Shown here: positions 40,585 through 53,868 of the stretch, piece by piece
Position numbering within the stretch: the stretch's first letter is position 1
Layout of the letters: each line of letters opens with the position of its first letter
NCBI RefSeq assembly: GCF_036588685.1
Contig: NC_086383.1
Location: forward strand, 18,910,001-18,974,000
Reading direction: 5' to 3'
Source of the DNA: Mytilus trossulus
Lineage: Eukaryota
Length of the DNA: 64,000 bases
Notes under the pieces: generated by a model
Told to the model about the DNA's origin: nothing
Databases searched by the model: none
What the model saw: the letters and a program-made list of their open reading frames with translations, nothing else
Translations under genes and position numbers: made by a program

Positions 40585-41220
40585 TCAACCCCCATGTTAT
40601 CAAGGCCCCAGGAAAAGAACCCCTGTCAAACCCCATGTAATCTAGGCCTTATGAAGGGACCTCTGTACACCCCCATGTAATCTAGGCTTCCAGGAAGGAA
40701 CCCCTATCCACCCCCATGTAATCTAGGCCTTATGAAGGGGTCCTATCCACCCCCATGTAATCTAGGCCTTAGGAAGGGGTCCTATCCACCCCCATGTAAT
40801 ATTGGCCCTAGGAAGAACCTCCTGTACACCCCATGTAATCTATGCTATAGGAAGAACCCCCTGTCCACCCTATGTAATGTAGGCCTTAGGAAGAAAATCC
40901 TTGTCCACCCTCATGTTATCCAGGTCCTTAAGGAAAACAACCCCTGTCCATCCTTGTGTAATCTAGGCCTAAGGAAGGGACCCTTGTTCACCCTATGTAA
41001 TCTAGAACCACTGGCATCCACAATGTAATCTAGGCCTTAGGAAGAGTCACCCTGGCCATCCCCATGTAATCAAGAACCACTGGCATCCACAATGTAATCT
41101 AGGCCTAAGGAAGGGACCCTTTTCCACCCTATGTAAACTAGAACCACTGGCATCCACAATGTAATCTAGGCCTTAGGAAGAGAACCCCTGGCCACCCCCA
41201 TGTAATCTAGGCTTTAAGGA
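40585..41220. repeat. About 40-bp minisatellite
   Basis: CCCCATGTAATCTAGGCCTTAGGAAG. Confidence 0.9.
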
Positions 41221-42756
41221 AGAGAAGCAGCTGTTACTGTTACACATGTAATGCAGCATCTGTATAGTTTACAATACATTTTTAACACTCCAAGGTCTCA
41301 TGGCAATACCAGAATACACTATTAAATCATCAAAATGTAATCACTTATACATCAATGTGAAAGTAAAACAAGAACAACCTAAAATAAGGAAATAATCAGA
41401 TAACATCTTGTCATTGATTTTCTTTTTTTAATAAGTACATTGTACATGTTTGTTTAAGATATTTCTTTTAGCAGAATTTCACAGAAAAAAACATTCCTTG
41501 ATACTCAGGCAATCCCACCAACAAAGACTTATTTGGGCCAAATTTTAAGTTTTTTTGTGTTTTTTCATAATTTTTCTTCATTTTTTTTAACATGATTGGA
41601 ATTATACAGATTTATTACACAAACTTCCTATGACTACATATAGAGCTATTGAGACCTATTCATTTTTGGAGGAAAGCTTATTAGATTTTGTCAGAGTGAA
41701 TGTGAAGTTTGATTTAGAGTGACAGTCCCCCCCCCCCTTCCCCCTCTTTTTCCAATATTAAGTGATGTAAGATAAATGTATAGACTTTTTTTTGCCAGGG
41801 TCCTCCTTTTTTTAAATCCTGGACATGTATGTTATGGATTATTGCACTTACGAAATGAGGGATTTTTTTAAAAGAAAATTTCCAATAAATAAGATTAAAC
41901 CATAAATAATTACCTTTATAACTTAAATTTGTTGAATAGATGATAGATCAATGAAGGTGCCAGTTTAAGAAAATGAAGTTTAGTGACTTATTAGAAACAT
42001 TTGTTTAACCTTTTTTTTTATATTGCCTGTAAATGGCATATAAAGTTCAATTTATCAAAGTAAAGTAAATCTAGAAAGTTTTAAAATACTAGTTGTACTT
42101 TTACATTTTATATATGAATTTCAGTTTTTCATTTCATTAACATAAAATTCTACTCTGTTAAAATAATTTATACATAGATGAGGGTGGTATTAAGAATTAT
42201 TTTCGTGCAACATGTTTTGTCATTTTTATTTCACGTGCAGTCGTGAAAAAGGTTTGTTATTCACCGTGTTTCTTGAAATTGGTAAAAAGATCAACGTGCA
42301 AGAAGTTTTTAATTGTTTGTTCATTGTGAAATGGCAATTTTATTTCTTGATCTTTGTGCAATCCCCTTACCCCCCTTTATGACCCTCATAAATTTTTAAA
42401 TTTCAAAGATTGAGAGCATCATCATAGAGTATGTCAGATTTATAATTGTGTTATTTCATGAATCAAATTTTTTTACCACAATAATTTATACACCAACTGA
42501 ATTTCATTCCTTCAAAATTGTCCATTCACTTAACATTCTCTCAAAATTATTCATTCACTTTCAATCAGATGTTATAAAAGTTAATATATATGTAATGATC
42601 ATTTCCTTATTAAGTGTGAGTTGCTGACATAATTTTCATATATATTGCATGCATCTGTTATAATAGTAGTAATTTCATATAATTTCTATTTAACCACAAA
42701 ACTTAAGGTACCAAAACAGAAGGTGCTAATTGACATTATCACCAAGTAGAAAAGTT

Positions 42757-42868
42757 CAGATAGAATTTTGGCCAAATTTTTCTGACCAAAAGTCACAGAT
42801 AGAATTTTGGCCAAATTATTTTGACCAAAAGTCACAGATAGAATTTTGCTCAAAAATATTCTGACCAA
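42757..42868. repeat. About 40-bp repeat, 3 copies
   Basis: CAGATAGAATTTTGGCCAAA...TGACCAA. Confidence 0.9.
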
Positions 42869-45600
42869 CTACAAATTTTTGTAATAAACATCATACTACA
42901 TTATACAAATGAAACAAATGTGTATGGTCAGGGAAAGAGCCATACCTGAACACATATAATGACAGCTTACCTGTAAAAATAATAATCCTAAAGTATTGAC
43001 CACAGGTATACAAAAAATGTGGCTGGTCAGTTAATAAATCCAAGGAATTATATTACACAATAATTCCACAAGTTGCCATGTTGTGTCATAAATCAGCACA
43101 CTACAGTGTAACCTGGCATTGACCAAGGAGAACTGTGGTCAATGAACTGACCTGACCATTGATGACCAACAAGCTGGACAAGCCAGGTTCAATCACCCTA
43201 CAAACCACATGTTGGTCAGTTAAACTGTGAATCTATGTCAGTTCCACAGGTGAAATTGATCTAATTAAATTCTTATCTATCCAAGATTAGTGTATTGCAG
43301 TTAATTCCCAAGTGTGTATTGGTCAGCCAGACACCCTCTGGTCATCAGTCAATCTTAAAGACAATGTTCAGTTTGTACAACAATTTCACACATAACACTG
43401 GTCATTCAGGTATGAAGTCATGTGACTTTACATAACACAGGTCTGACTGGACAACAATCATTATTTATTCCCTGAGGGTCAATAATACACCTGACTAGTC
43501 CTTAAATGATTTAAATCTAATACACAAACACTGGACATTCATATTGGCTAAAATATTCTTTGAAGTAGCGTTTTAAGCCTTTCTAGTGTAAACTATATAC
43601 AATAGATTGAGTAGAATGGAAGTCTAGGCAATTTCAAATTGTTAAATGTTATTTTATCAAATGTATACAGCCCTTTTTAAATAATCTCTTTCTAAAAACG
43701 TATTTTAAACGTAGGGACACGACCATATCCCAAGGATTGGCTTTAATGTTATTTTATCATTCTTTTAACAGTAAACATCCATTTGTTTATTTACAAAATA
43801 AATCCTCTGATAAAAATTTTAGACAGCCCTGAAATTGACATACATGTAAATCATGTTTTTTGTTTAATGTATTAATTCAGAAACTCATTTTTTAACCTTT
43901 CATATGAATTAAACTGATTTTTTCTCAATGTCACAAAAATTAAAATCTCATTTTAGTCTAAAATGACAAATTGCAATAATAAAAGCACGCAATAATGTCT
44001 GAATTCACAGTACCTCTTTTTTTTTATCCACATTGGGACCTTTTATAGACTTTTTTGTCCAGCCACTATGTAAACAAGCTGATGAATCATGTACTTTTCA
44101 GGCCAGACATAAACTGACAACAAAATGTTCATCAATTGCATTGTTTCAGTCTTCCAATTGACCATATACCAAAGACAATAAATTCCAGCTTATAATTTTT
44201 AACCTGGGCATTCATGGTTGGCCATTTTCCCCACCCACTGATTTTTTCTCATTTTTTTAAAAATGAAAATAAAATAAATTCTTTAGGGATTATATCAAGA
44301 ATACAACAGTTGTTTTCCATTCATTTCATTGGTTGATAAAATCTAACGATTCGATTTTGTAAATTTTTTGTAGACCTGCACTAATTAAGTAAGGTCAGTT
44401 TTGCCACTTATTTTTTGGGGGGATCTATCTTTATCCTGTAAATGCCGAATTATAGACACCTGTTGTTATTAAACTGAAGTTTTTGGCTTGGCCTAAAATG
44501 TGTATTGATCACAAGATGGACAATGTCCAGACAATTTCTCATTAATTGATAATAATCAAACATCTGTTGTACTTACTATTTCATTAATAAACAAGATCTG
44601 GTGTATTGTAAGTTTATGTGTCCAATCAAAAGTTAGGTTTATTATTCCATACATCAAAAGACATTAGTTTAAAAATGAAATTAAAAAATAAAAAATATAT
44701 AAAAAAAACATGATTCTAAAAAATAAGTTCTTCCAATTTCTCAGAGTGAATTTCATGAAGATTAAACCTTCCAAAGATATTAAAAACAAAATTTGTAGGA
44801 AAAACAAACAACGATGGTGTACTTACCAGTGGCAGATCCAGAACTTTTCCTAATGGGGGCCTACTGTCTGGGGAGGGGGGCGGCTCCCCTAGGGCCCTCC
44901 TCAAGATCCGCCTATGCTCACAGTGGATTCATTTATTTTTTAGGGTACTAAAATTTTTGTGGATTTATGAAAACTTGCAATAAGCGGGTATTTGATTTCA
45001 GGGTTTTGCCAAAGTCTGAATACTCCATTAAATTTGTCACTTGTTGAACATTCATAAATAAGGGGTTCACGAAACACATGAAAAGCTGGTATCCAACAAA
45101 AAAATAATGAATCCAAAGTATTGAAAAATTTTGTTGATCCTATAAGAATCAAGTTGTTAATGAAGAAAACTCTAAAAGTGTTTGCTGAATCATCAAAACA
45201 ACAAAATACATCACAATAAAAGCTGGAAAATGAGAAAAAAAGGTAAATTGAATGTGTAAATACATTAGAACTTACAAAAGCAATCCACAGTATCTTCTGA
45301 GAGACACTGCTGAGAAAGAATTTGTAACTTAAGAATCAATTTCATATCTCAATACAACAGCCTGTATGTCAATTAAGACTCTAATTTACTTTCATCCTCA
45401 GCAATATTTACAAGCAAAACATGCCATCCTTTAATTATTCAAAGTGAATATGATTTAAGATAGAATTCACAGGAACTAGGAATTGAGTGATTGTTGGTGT
45501 GTGTTTTAATGCCACTTTTAAGCGGCACTTTCTCAGGCTATTTTGTGGCAGTAAGTTTTTATGGGTGGAGGAAGTGGGAGTGCCTGGAGAAAACTACCAA

Positions 45601-45908
45601 TAAAATTAACGGTACCAATTTTCTTGCACCAGAGGCGCATTTCGACAATACATGTCTCTTCAGTGATGCTCATGGCCAAAATGTTTGAAATCCAAAGCTT
45701 ATATAAAATATGAAGAGCTATAATCCAAAAGGTCCAAAAAGTATAGCCAAATCCGTGAAAGGAATCAGAGCTTTGCATGAGGGAGATACATTCCTTAATT
45801 TATAATAATTTATAATATTTTGTAACAGCAAATTTTAATAACACAAAAAATCCGTATTTTCATGCCAGTACCGAAGTACTGGCTACTGGGCTGGTGATAC
45901 CCTCGGGG
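45601..45908 (-). mobile_element. Retrozyme/Penelope-like repeat, family 1, inserted into a V-type SINE
   Basis: Hammerhead plus UUCG hairpin; flanked by ACCAA direct repeats (45596-45600, 45909-45913); the SINE is contiguous once it is removed. Confidence 0.8.
45626..45669 (-). ncRNA. Type I hammerhead ribozyme (family 1, stem III mismatch)
   Basis: Minus strand GCATCA-CTGAAGA-GACA(TGTAT)TGTC-GAAA-T(GCGC)C-TC-TGGTGC; core intact, U.C mismatch in stem III, CUC triplet. Confidence 0.85.
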
Positions 45909-46133
45909 ACCAACCTTTGATAGGAAAACAAACAATCCTAGTTAAGTGCACTTGCACGAGCAGAGTTTGAAATCCCATCCTCAGTGTTTGCCGACTAGTG
46001 ACAGGAGCAAGGAAAACAGTCTGCTCAATTCTTTGCAGAAGTTAACAAATGTTTCATAAATTTCTTGATCCAGTTGCTCAAAAACAATTTTGGAAAGACG
46101 ACTATATAGGTTTAAGCAAACATATAACAAAAT

Positions 46134-46285
46134 CAGTGGCAGATCCAGAGGGGGGTTCCAGGGATTGGACCCCCCTTTTTTTTTGGCCGATCAATGCATT
46201 TGAATGGGGACATGTAGTTCGTTGGAACCCCCCTTTTATTTTGGGTTGAGAACGCCCCTTTTTAAAATGGCTGGATCTGCCCCTG
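46134..46285 (+). mobile_element. CAG-MITE (CAGTGGCAGATCCAG TIR), 5-bp TSD AAAAT
   Basis: TIR and exact TSD; internal ATCAATGCATTTGAATGGGGACAT core. Confidence 0.85.
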
Positions 46286-46754
46286 AAAATTGTCTGAAAA
46301 ATCTGAGCTAGTCAACTTTATTTGCCCGAGAAAAGTACGAATATACTAAAAGACATTAAAAGCAAAGTGCAGACTTAAAGTCATTGTAAATGGCAAGAGA
46401 ACAATGTTGTAGTCTAATCAGGATTAATGTTAAAATGTCAATGAATTCTGTTGACACAGACATGTGTCTCGCCTGTTTTTATAGGACACACAAGTTGAAA
46501 TTCAAATGGCAATGCTAATGTTTACCATTAAACACTTTCAAGGTCATTCAACCATGGCTCATAGGGGGCACTGAGGCCAAATTATCACCACAAAAATGAG
46601 ATGTGTTAACTCTTTATTACCTGTGAGCCAAATATCATTGATTAACACTTGGTGAGCTCATTGGATGTTTCCAACATCGCTGCATAAACTCATGACATTT
46701 GAATCTTGCCTTCACAACTTTATGTGGTATAATAGACAAGACAAAATTTACACA

Positions 46755-47048
46755 AGCAAGAATGTGTCCTCAGTACACAAATGCCCCTCTCGCACTATCA
46801 TTTTCTATGTTCACTGGACTGTGAAATTGGGGTAAAATCTCTAATTTGGCATTAAAATTAGAAAGATCATATCATCGGGAACATGTGTACCAAGTTTGAA
46901 GTCGATTGGACTTCAACTTCATCAAAAACTACCTTGACCAAAAACTTTAACCTGAAGCGGGACAGACGGACTAACGAACAGACGGACGAACAGACGTACA
47001 GACCAGAAAACATAATGCCCCTCTACAATCGTAGGTGGGGCATAAAAA
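46755..47048. mobile_element. Helentron-associated (HINE/pearl/MgE-like) non-autonomous element
   Basis: AAGCAAG start, subterminal ATGCCCC (46781), GACA/GACG microsatellite, terminal ATGCCCC...GGGGCAT hairpin then A-run. Confidence 0.75.
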
Positions 47049-48303
47049 GTCTCATTATGAGTATGAATTCAACTCTGGAAAAAGACAAAACAATTCAGTT
47101 TCCAATAATATACTGTATGTCATTGATTCACGGAAAATTAATTTTCATTTTGTAATCTCTTTAAAGAATAACAATTAACTCCAACCAACCACAATGATAA
47201 TGTTATAATAATTGCAACATGTGCAACAAATTACATACATACAATATAAATAGTCTGCCAATCTGGTACCTGACAGGATGATACAAAGATTTTAATTATG
47301 GTACCAGCAGGAACACAGATGATACATTTGGAATATACAATTAGTGGTAACATTTACTTCATCACAACATTTCTTTCATTCCATTTGTAATATCTTTGAA
47401 CAAGAAATTCCAAACAAATGCAGAAATTTTTCAGATTTTTGTATGATTTTGAAATTTGCAACAGCAGATAGGTGTTACAAATCATAAAACCTGCGTTTTA
47501 AAATTTGAAAAAAAATCATTTGATCTAGCTATTTCTACAGTAAATTGTGTTTTTATTTTTATAAAATTTCAAAATGATTTTTGTTGCAATTATAAAACTG
47601 CATTCATTATTGTATATGCAGCATTTCCAGAAAATAGCAATTATTAAACTTGCTTATGTGTTTGGAAATATAATGATTCCCTGGCTGCAAGTCTCTGAGA
47701 ATGAACAAATCTTAAATAATCTTGGTGAATTTTAAATTTAACTGGAAGTTGATCAATGTGATTCAAAAACTTTCATTAACTAAATTATTACATTTAATTT
47801 AATTAATCCTTTTTATTTACTGTAAATTATTGATTCTAAACTTTGAACCATAGCATAATATAAACAATGTTTTCATCAACAAATAAAGTGGAAAATAATA
47901 GAATAAAAATCTGCTTAAAACAAGAGAACCAGCAACAAAAAAATATATCAATATTCATTAATCGTAAGACATTACAGAGATTGAGTTTTATACCAAGGAC
48001 AACCGCCTTGTCCCTGAGAGAACATTTTTTTCTTCAAGTGACGTCAAACGATGGGACATTTACATCACTGTTCCAATTGAACGATCAATGATAAAATAAA
48101 TACAATATCTTTGACTTTTGATTATATACACATACTTTGTAGTAAGATATAGAACAAGGTAATGAGCTATGTCGAACATTGGTTTAAAGAACAATGAAAG
48201 TTTAATAAATGTCGGACCATTTTAACACATATATTGAAAAGTATATGTCACTTTTAAAATTGTATTTTTTTTCTTCGAATCTTTACTTAATTGATTGACT
48301 TTT

Positions 48304-48442
48304 TAGTGGCAGATACAGGGAGAGGGTTCCAACCCCACTTTTTTCTGACAATCAATGCATTTGAATGGGGACATATAGTTTGAACCCACCTTTATCCTGG
48401 GTTTAAGGAACCCCCTTTTATAAATCGCTGGATCCACCCCTG
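48304..48442 (+). mobile_element. CAG-MITE, TSD CTTTT
   Basis: Same core, exact 5-bp TSD. Confidence 0.8.
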
Positions 48443-49459
48443 CTTTTGAAATTGAATCCGGAGTATGGTGACCTATTCAATCTGCCCTCATACACCCCAC
48501 ACCTATTTATATTATTTGTAGTTTTAAAAAAATCAGCTAATGGGAAATTTATTCACAAATGAAACATCTTGCAATAAACCTTTTCCCTCTCTATTTATAT
48601 CATTTTAATATTCTATCTTTTTCATTCACTTTGTTAGAACGTCTTTATGCCATTTTCAAAGGACAGGATAAAAACACAATTTCACAACACTGCTTTAGGT
48701 ATTGAATTTTTAAATGAACTTTAAATTACAGAGTATATATTCTCCAAGATGACACCTTACACATTTAAAGTACTTCAACTCTGACACAACTAGTGCCGGA
48801 AGGCATTTTATCCCTTCAATACAATCATACTGTATATAATGGATTATTGTCCGATGAAAATATTTATTTTAAATTGTGAAATCATTTGAAGCAATGTATG
48901 GCATTTGAGTCAGACAAAAAACATGCCTTTTTTGTGAGTGTTTAAAAAACCAACCTCAAAATATTAAATAAAATCAGTCATATTTTAATGTGCCTGAATT
49001 TTACTTTGTTTAAAACCTATTTTAATTTGTTCTTAAAAAATCTAATTTTCTGTAGCCATTCACTTTTATGTACTGTTGGGATTATGTGTTACTTATTGGG
49101 TATACTTATATATTTTAATATTTCGTGGGTTAAACAGGTGAATCTGTTAGTAACTTATAATTATTCATCAAATTACAATTTTCTTCCACTAATCCGTTTT
49201 AATAATTTGACAAAACTTACTATATAAAAGTAAAGACAACTTTTAGAGTTTGAACCTTACTGATGCCTGAGGCATTTATATAGTGAATATTTTTTTGAAT
49301 GACTAAAATTTTTGCTAGATGTCAACAGTTACACCACAAAAATTTTGAAACCACGGATACATGAAGATATCTCTCGGCAAAATAACTTGGTAAGAAAAAT
49401 AGTATGAACATAATACCTCCAACTAACACTGTGACTGTATTAGTACTATTTTATTTATT

Positions 49460-49720
49460 GTGTTTGTTTAGTTCACGCATCAATGTAAATATAACGGAAT
49501 TTGATGAGACTGTCATCAAAGTGAGAGAGAGGATTAGCGCTATAAAACCAGGTTTAATCCACCATTTTCTACATTTGAAAATGTCTGTACCAAGTCAGGA
49601 ATATGACAATCCTTGTCCATTTGTTTCTGATGCGTTTTGTTATTTGATTTTGCCATGTGATTATGGACTTTCTGAATTCATTTTCCTCAAAGTTCAGTAT
49701 TTTTGTGATTTTACTCTTTT
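49460..49720 (+). mobile_element. Family A-related variant D
   Basis: Shares TGTACCAAGTCAGGA with family A; distinct flanks. Confidence 0.5.
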
Positions 49721-50737
49721 TTTTAGCTTGTAACAATTTTGATCAAAATAGAAAACATCCAGTCTGACTATAGGTATAAAGGTTTGTTGGACATTTACCA
49801 AAATAACATACAGCAAAGACAGAATGAAAGTGACCACCCATTTAACAACTCCATGAAAGTTTCCAACCCAACACTCATTCTAGAAATGCCACAAGAGTAT
49901 TGAAGAAAATAAATTTTCAACATTCATCATGCGATACAAAAATAGTCATTCAATTATATTCAACATTGTGACAATGTTTAAGTCTTCAAGACAACATTCA
50001 TGAAAGTTTCCAAACTGTTAAATCATCATTCTAAAAATGGCATGAGTCTTGAATAATAAATATTCAACGTTGTAATGCAAGTCTTCAAAGACATTCAAAT
50101 ACATTCAACATTGTGATGATTTTGTAGTCTTCAAGTTTCCAAACCAATCGTCATTCTAAAAATGCTACGAGAGTCTTGAAGATAATAAATATTCAACATT
50201 CTGTAATGCAAATTTTCCATGCATTCAAACATATTCAACATTGTGACGATTTTAAGTCTTCAAGACAAGATTTATCAATATCAGCGAAGGTTATTGCGAC
50301 TCTCACAAATATCACACCATAAGAAAACCTGTAGAGATGTCAGACTTAAAACTGCCAGCACAAACTGTTACAAGGGAATAATCAATAGCGTGTAACACCT
50401 GATGTCAGCTTTAACTAAATTCTATCTAATATGACAAGATCTGCAAACACCCAATTATATATTCAACAACAGCATTTTCAAATTAAATGTTACTATACAT
50501 ATCTTGCTGCAAGTCTTTCTAAGAATTATCATCACTTCATTTCCTTTCAAGCAGGATATACTTCCCTTATACAATAATCATCCGTCAGTAAATTGAAAAA
50601 AGAAAATTATAAGATCGTACTTGATCAACTATACTTTAACTAAGGTTGTGTTTTAATAAGTATGCTTACTAATGGATATTTATGAATTTGATTGTCTTGA
50701 AATATTTGCCACTGGACATTAAAGCAACCAACAATCA

Positions 50738-50925
50738 ATAGACGTATTTACACTTGTATGCAAATTTGTCCGCCATTACATAACATCACACAGGTTCCCG
50801 TAAACTTTGACTTCATAATTCAAAACATATGACGTCACAACTAACGTCAAAAGGTTATTTGGAGGTGATGTAAGGTCATTTGGAGGCAAGATACAGCTAA
50901 ATACCAAAAGTGTAAATACGTTTAT
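50738..50925. mobile_element. TIR element between two copies of a 160-bp duplication
   Basis: ATAGACGTATTTACACTT / AAGTGTAAATACGTTTAT; internal GGTTCCCGTAAA motif shared (inverted) with 2195-2300. Confidence 0.65.
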
Positions 50926-51404
50926 CACTGTCAGTTATTTTTAAAAAAATTATAAGAATGTACTTGATCAGCTATACTTTAACTAAGGTTGTGTATTAAA
51001 AAATGCTTACTTAATGGACATTTATAAATAATAAATTGGTTGTTTTGAAATATCTTGCCACTGGACATAGAAGCAACCAACTATTAACCACCGTCAGTAA
51101 TTTTCAACAGTAATTGGCATTTAATATTTCATTTTCCATGTGGAAAAAAATCTCAATAAACTGTACTAACTACTATTTAAACACTTCAATTCCATACAAC
51201 CATTCTATAATCAACTAAATATAGACCAAGGTCTTATATGCCTATACAATTCTTTCTAAAATAAACTATCATTGGTTCCTTTAGTACATTTCGACTAATA
51301 TGTTTTTGGTGAATAATCCCATAACATATGCACATGTAATGTAGTACCCGTAGGTATTTACTAATGTCAGACCATCTTAGGACAAACTTCCAAAGGTACC
51401 CACA

Positions 51405-51716
51405 TTATTTATGTACGTGCCACAGTCCCAAGTCAGGAGCCTGTAATTCAGCAGTTGTCGTTTGTTTATGTGTTACATATTTGATTTTCGTTCATTTTTT
51501 TATAGAAATAATTAAGGCTGTTAGCTTTCTTGTTTGAATTTTTACATTATCTTACCGGGGCCTTTTATAGCCGACTATATGCGGTATAATGGCTTTGCTC
51601 ATTGTTGAAGGCCATACGGTGACCTATAGTTGTTAATGTGTGTCATTTTGGTTTCTTGTGGACAGTTGTCTCATTGGCAATCATACCACACAGACAGACA
51701 GACAGACACACAGACA
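51405..51716 (+). mobile_element. Family A copy followed by (CAGA)n
   Basis: CCAAGTCAGGAGCCTGTAATTCAG ... GTTGTCTCATTGGCAATCATACCACA. Confidence 0.8.
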
Positions 51717-53507
51717 AAAGGACAACTGAGGCATTCACATGAGATTTTGTTTTACGTTTTTGATTGCCTATACTGTGTCTTTTCTCTGCCTCTATTTTGC
51801 TAATATTTTAAATAATTTTAACTAGTACTATGCCCTTGAAAACATGATATACAGCATTTTTTCAACTTCTAAATTTGTGTACTTCCAAAACAATAGAATA
51901 AAAGAAAGATTTAATTAACATCAATTTCTGAATACAACTTTGAGACTGGATCCCTGTATATTATTTTCTGCCCACTGATACTCCTTTTTGAAATTAAATT
52001 CTCGTCACCTGATATAAAATATATATAAAATATATCAGGATCCCTCTTTAATGAGGCTTTAATAGCTTCTTCGGAGAATTATATATAATTACAAGATATA
52101 CAAGAGATTTTACAAATTGAAAAACATCAAATCATACTAAGAAAACCAATCCTATATTTTACACTATAGCTACATCCCTGCGCTAGTCAACTGGCGAGTC
52201 AATTAACTATCGACAATTTGTTTGCATGTAAATCCATGAAACATTACCAGTCTCTCAGCTGCTACTAAGGAACATAGAAATTGTGCAATCAAATAATTAT
52301 TGATTTGTAGAAATCTGAAGAGAAGAATCGGATTTCTGGTGAAAACAAGACAGTTTTATGTTATGTCAGAATTATGGCATTATTATGTACAAATTTTGTC
52401 ATCAAATTCTCTGCTTCTCAGGAAATTTCTTGTCAAATTTACTTTGGGTATGCAAGATTTTCATTTGTCATCAAGCTGATGATTTTCCAAATTAAGACAA
52501 CAACAATCTTTATATTTCTTTTGAACATCCTTGAATCTTTCTTCATATATCAATGATTTTCTTTTGATGATAATATAATGAGGCTGTAAAACACTAATCT
52601 GAATGCAACACTGTTTTGGAACTTTTTTTTTATTGGATTATAAATACCAAAATTTTAGGGCATTAATTCCACAACTGCTTTTATTTTAAATGATATTGTT
52701 TGATTTTCCATATAAGAGTTGGCTACGTTTTTCATAGCATGCTATTTTCGCTTCATTCTTCAATCAAAATTTGTTTAAGAGACTGGCAAAATATACCAAC
52801 TTGAATATCTATTTTACACATATAAGTCGAAAACAAACTGACAATGCCATGGCAAAAAAACAAAAAACAACAAACAATTGGTAAACAAAACACGACATCG
52901 AAAACAGTTCTAGACAGAGAAACATGAACCCCTAAAAAATCTGATGATGATCTCCAGAGCTCTGAAGGGTAAGCAGATCCTGCTCCACTTAGTATTACCT
53001 GTCATATTGCTCATGTAAGTACAAACCCTGGAGGGATGATGAGTCTATTTTTTTAGACACCACTCAAGTAAAAGAGGACAACATTGTTAAACTTATATCT
53101 TTATATTTATCAGGGCTGGATCCAGCTATTGGAAAAACAGGGGTGAGGGTGGCGTGGAGGGGGGGGGTTCCCAACCCAGAACAAAAGGGGGGTCCAAATA
53201 TATGTCCCCATTCAAATGTATTGAGCATCCCAAAAAAAGGGGGGTTCCAACCCACAGACCCCCACCCCTCCTGGATCTGCCTGGGTCTTCAACATAGTGA
53301 AAAAATGTTCCACTTTGGAATCTTCAACCTAGTACATGTATATACATGAAAAACTATTTCTGCTAAATTATGGAAACATATTGAGCCAGGGCAGATACCA
53401 AAAGCTGTTGGACTAATCTCATTAAGACATACCAAAGACACAACAAAGAGTTATAGTAGGCTAAAACTGCTTCAATGATGATCAATAATCTATTCTTAAT
53501 ACTCCTT

Positions 53508-53621
53508 ACTTCTGGTATTCTGTAAAACATGTATCAGGAATTCTTAATCTGGCTGAGGGCTCAGACTTCTGGTGTTCTGCACTAAATGTATCAGGAATTT
53601 TTAATCGGGCTGAGGGCTCAG
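53508..53621. repeat. 57-bp tandem duplication
   Basis: ACTTCTGGT...GCTGAGGGCTCAG twice. Confidence 0.9.
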
Positions 53622-53868
53622 ACGTCTTCCTTGTATATGACATTAAACAGCAGAATATCTTAGTAACGACAAATTCCAGGAGAAGTTTGTAAAATTGTAA
53701 AAAATGTATGTATGTAAAAAAAAAAATATCTTTCATTTTCAATACAGCAAAAACAATGTTTCGTGAAAGGTAACAATGGGAGGTTAGAGTTAAACACTTT
53801 TTTTTAAAAGTTAACTTTCTGATTTTGAACATGAAAAATTAGACTAAAAAAACTTATAACGAAGGGAT

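Larger units (their letters stand above)
45488..46001 (-). mobile_element. V-type SINE split by retrozyme insertion
   Basis: TTTTAATGCCACTTTTAAG...GAGAAAACTACC on the left and AACCTTTGATAGGAAAAC on the right match the SINE at 33048. Confidence 0.75.

Noticed and set aside
40732-41028. ORF with PPCNLGLRKG repeats
   Set aside because: Minisatellite with frame-breaking unit length variation.
45841-45910. HDV-like or twister ribozyme
   Set aside because: Could not build the required pseudoknots or conserved loops by eye.
52316-52355. CTGAAGA...GAAA motif
   Set aside because: Stems I and III cannot be formed.
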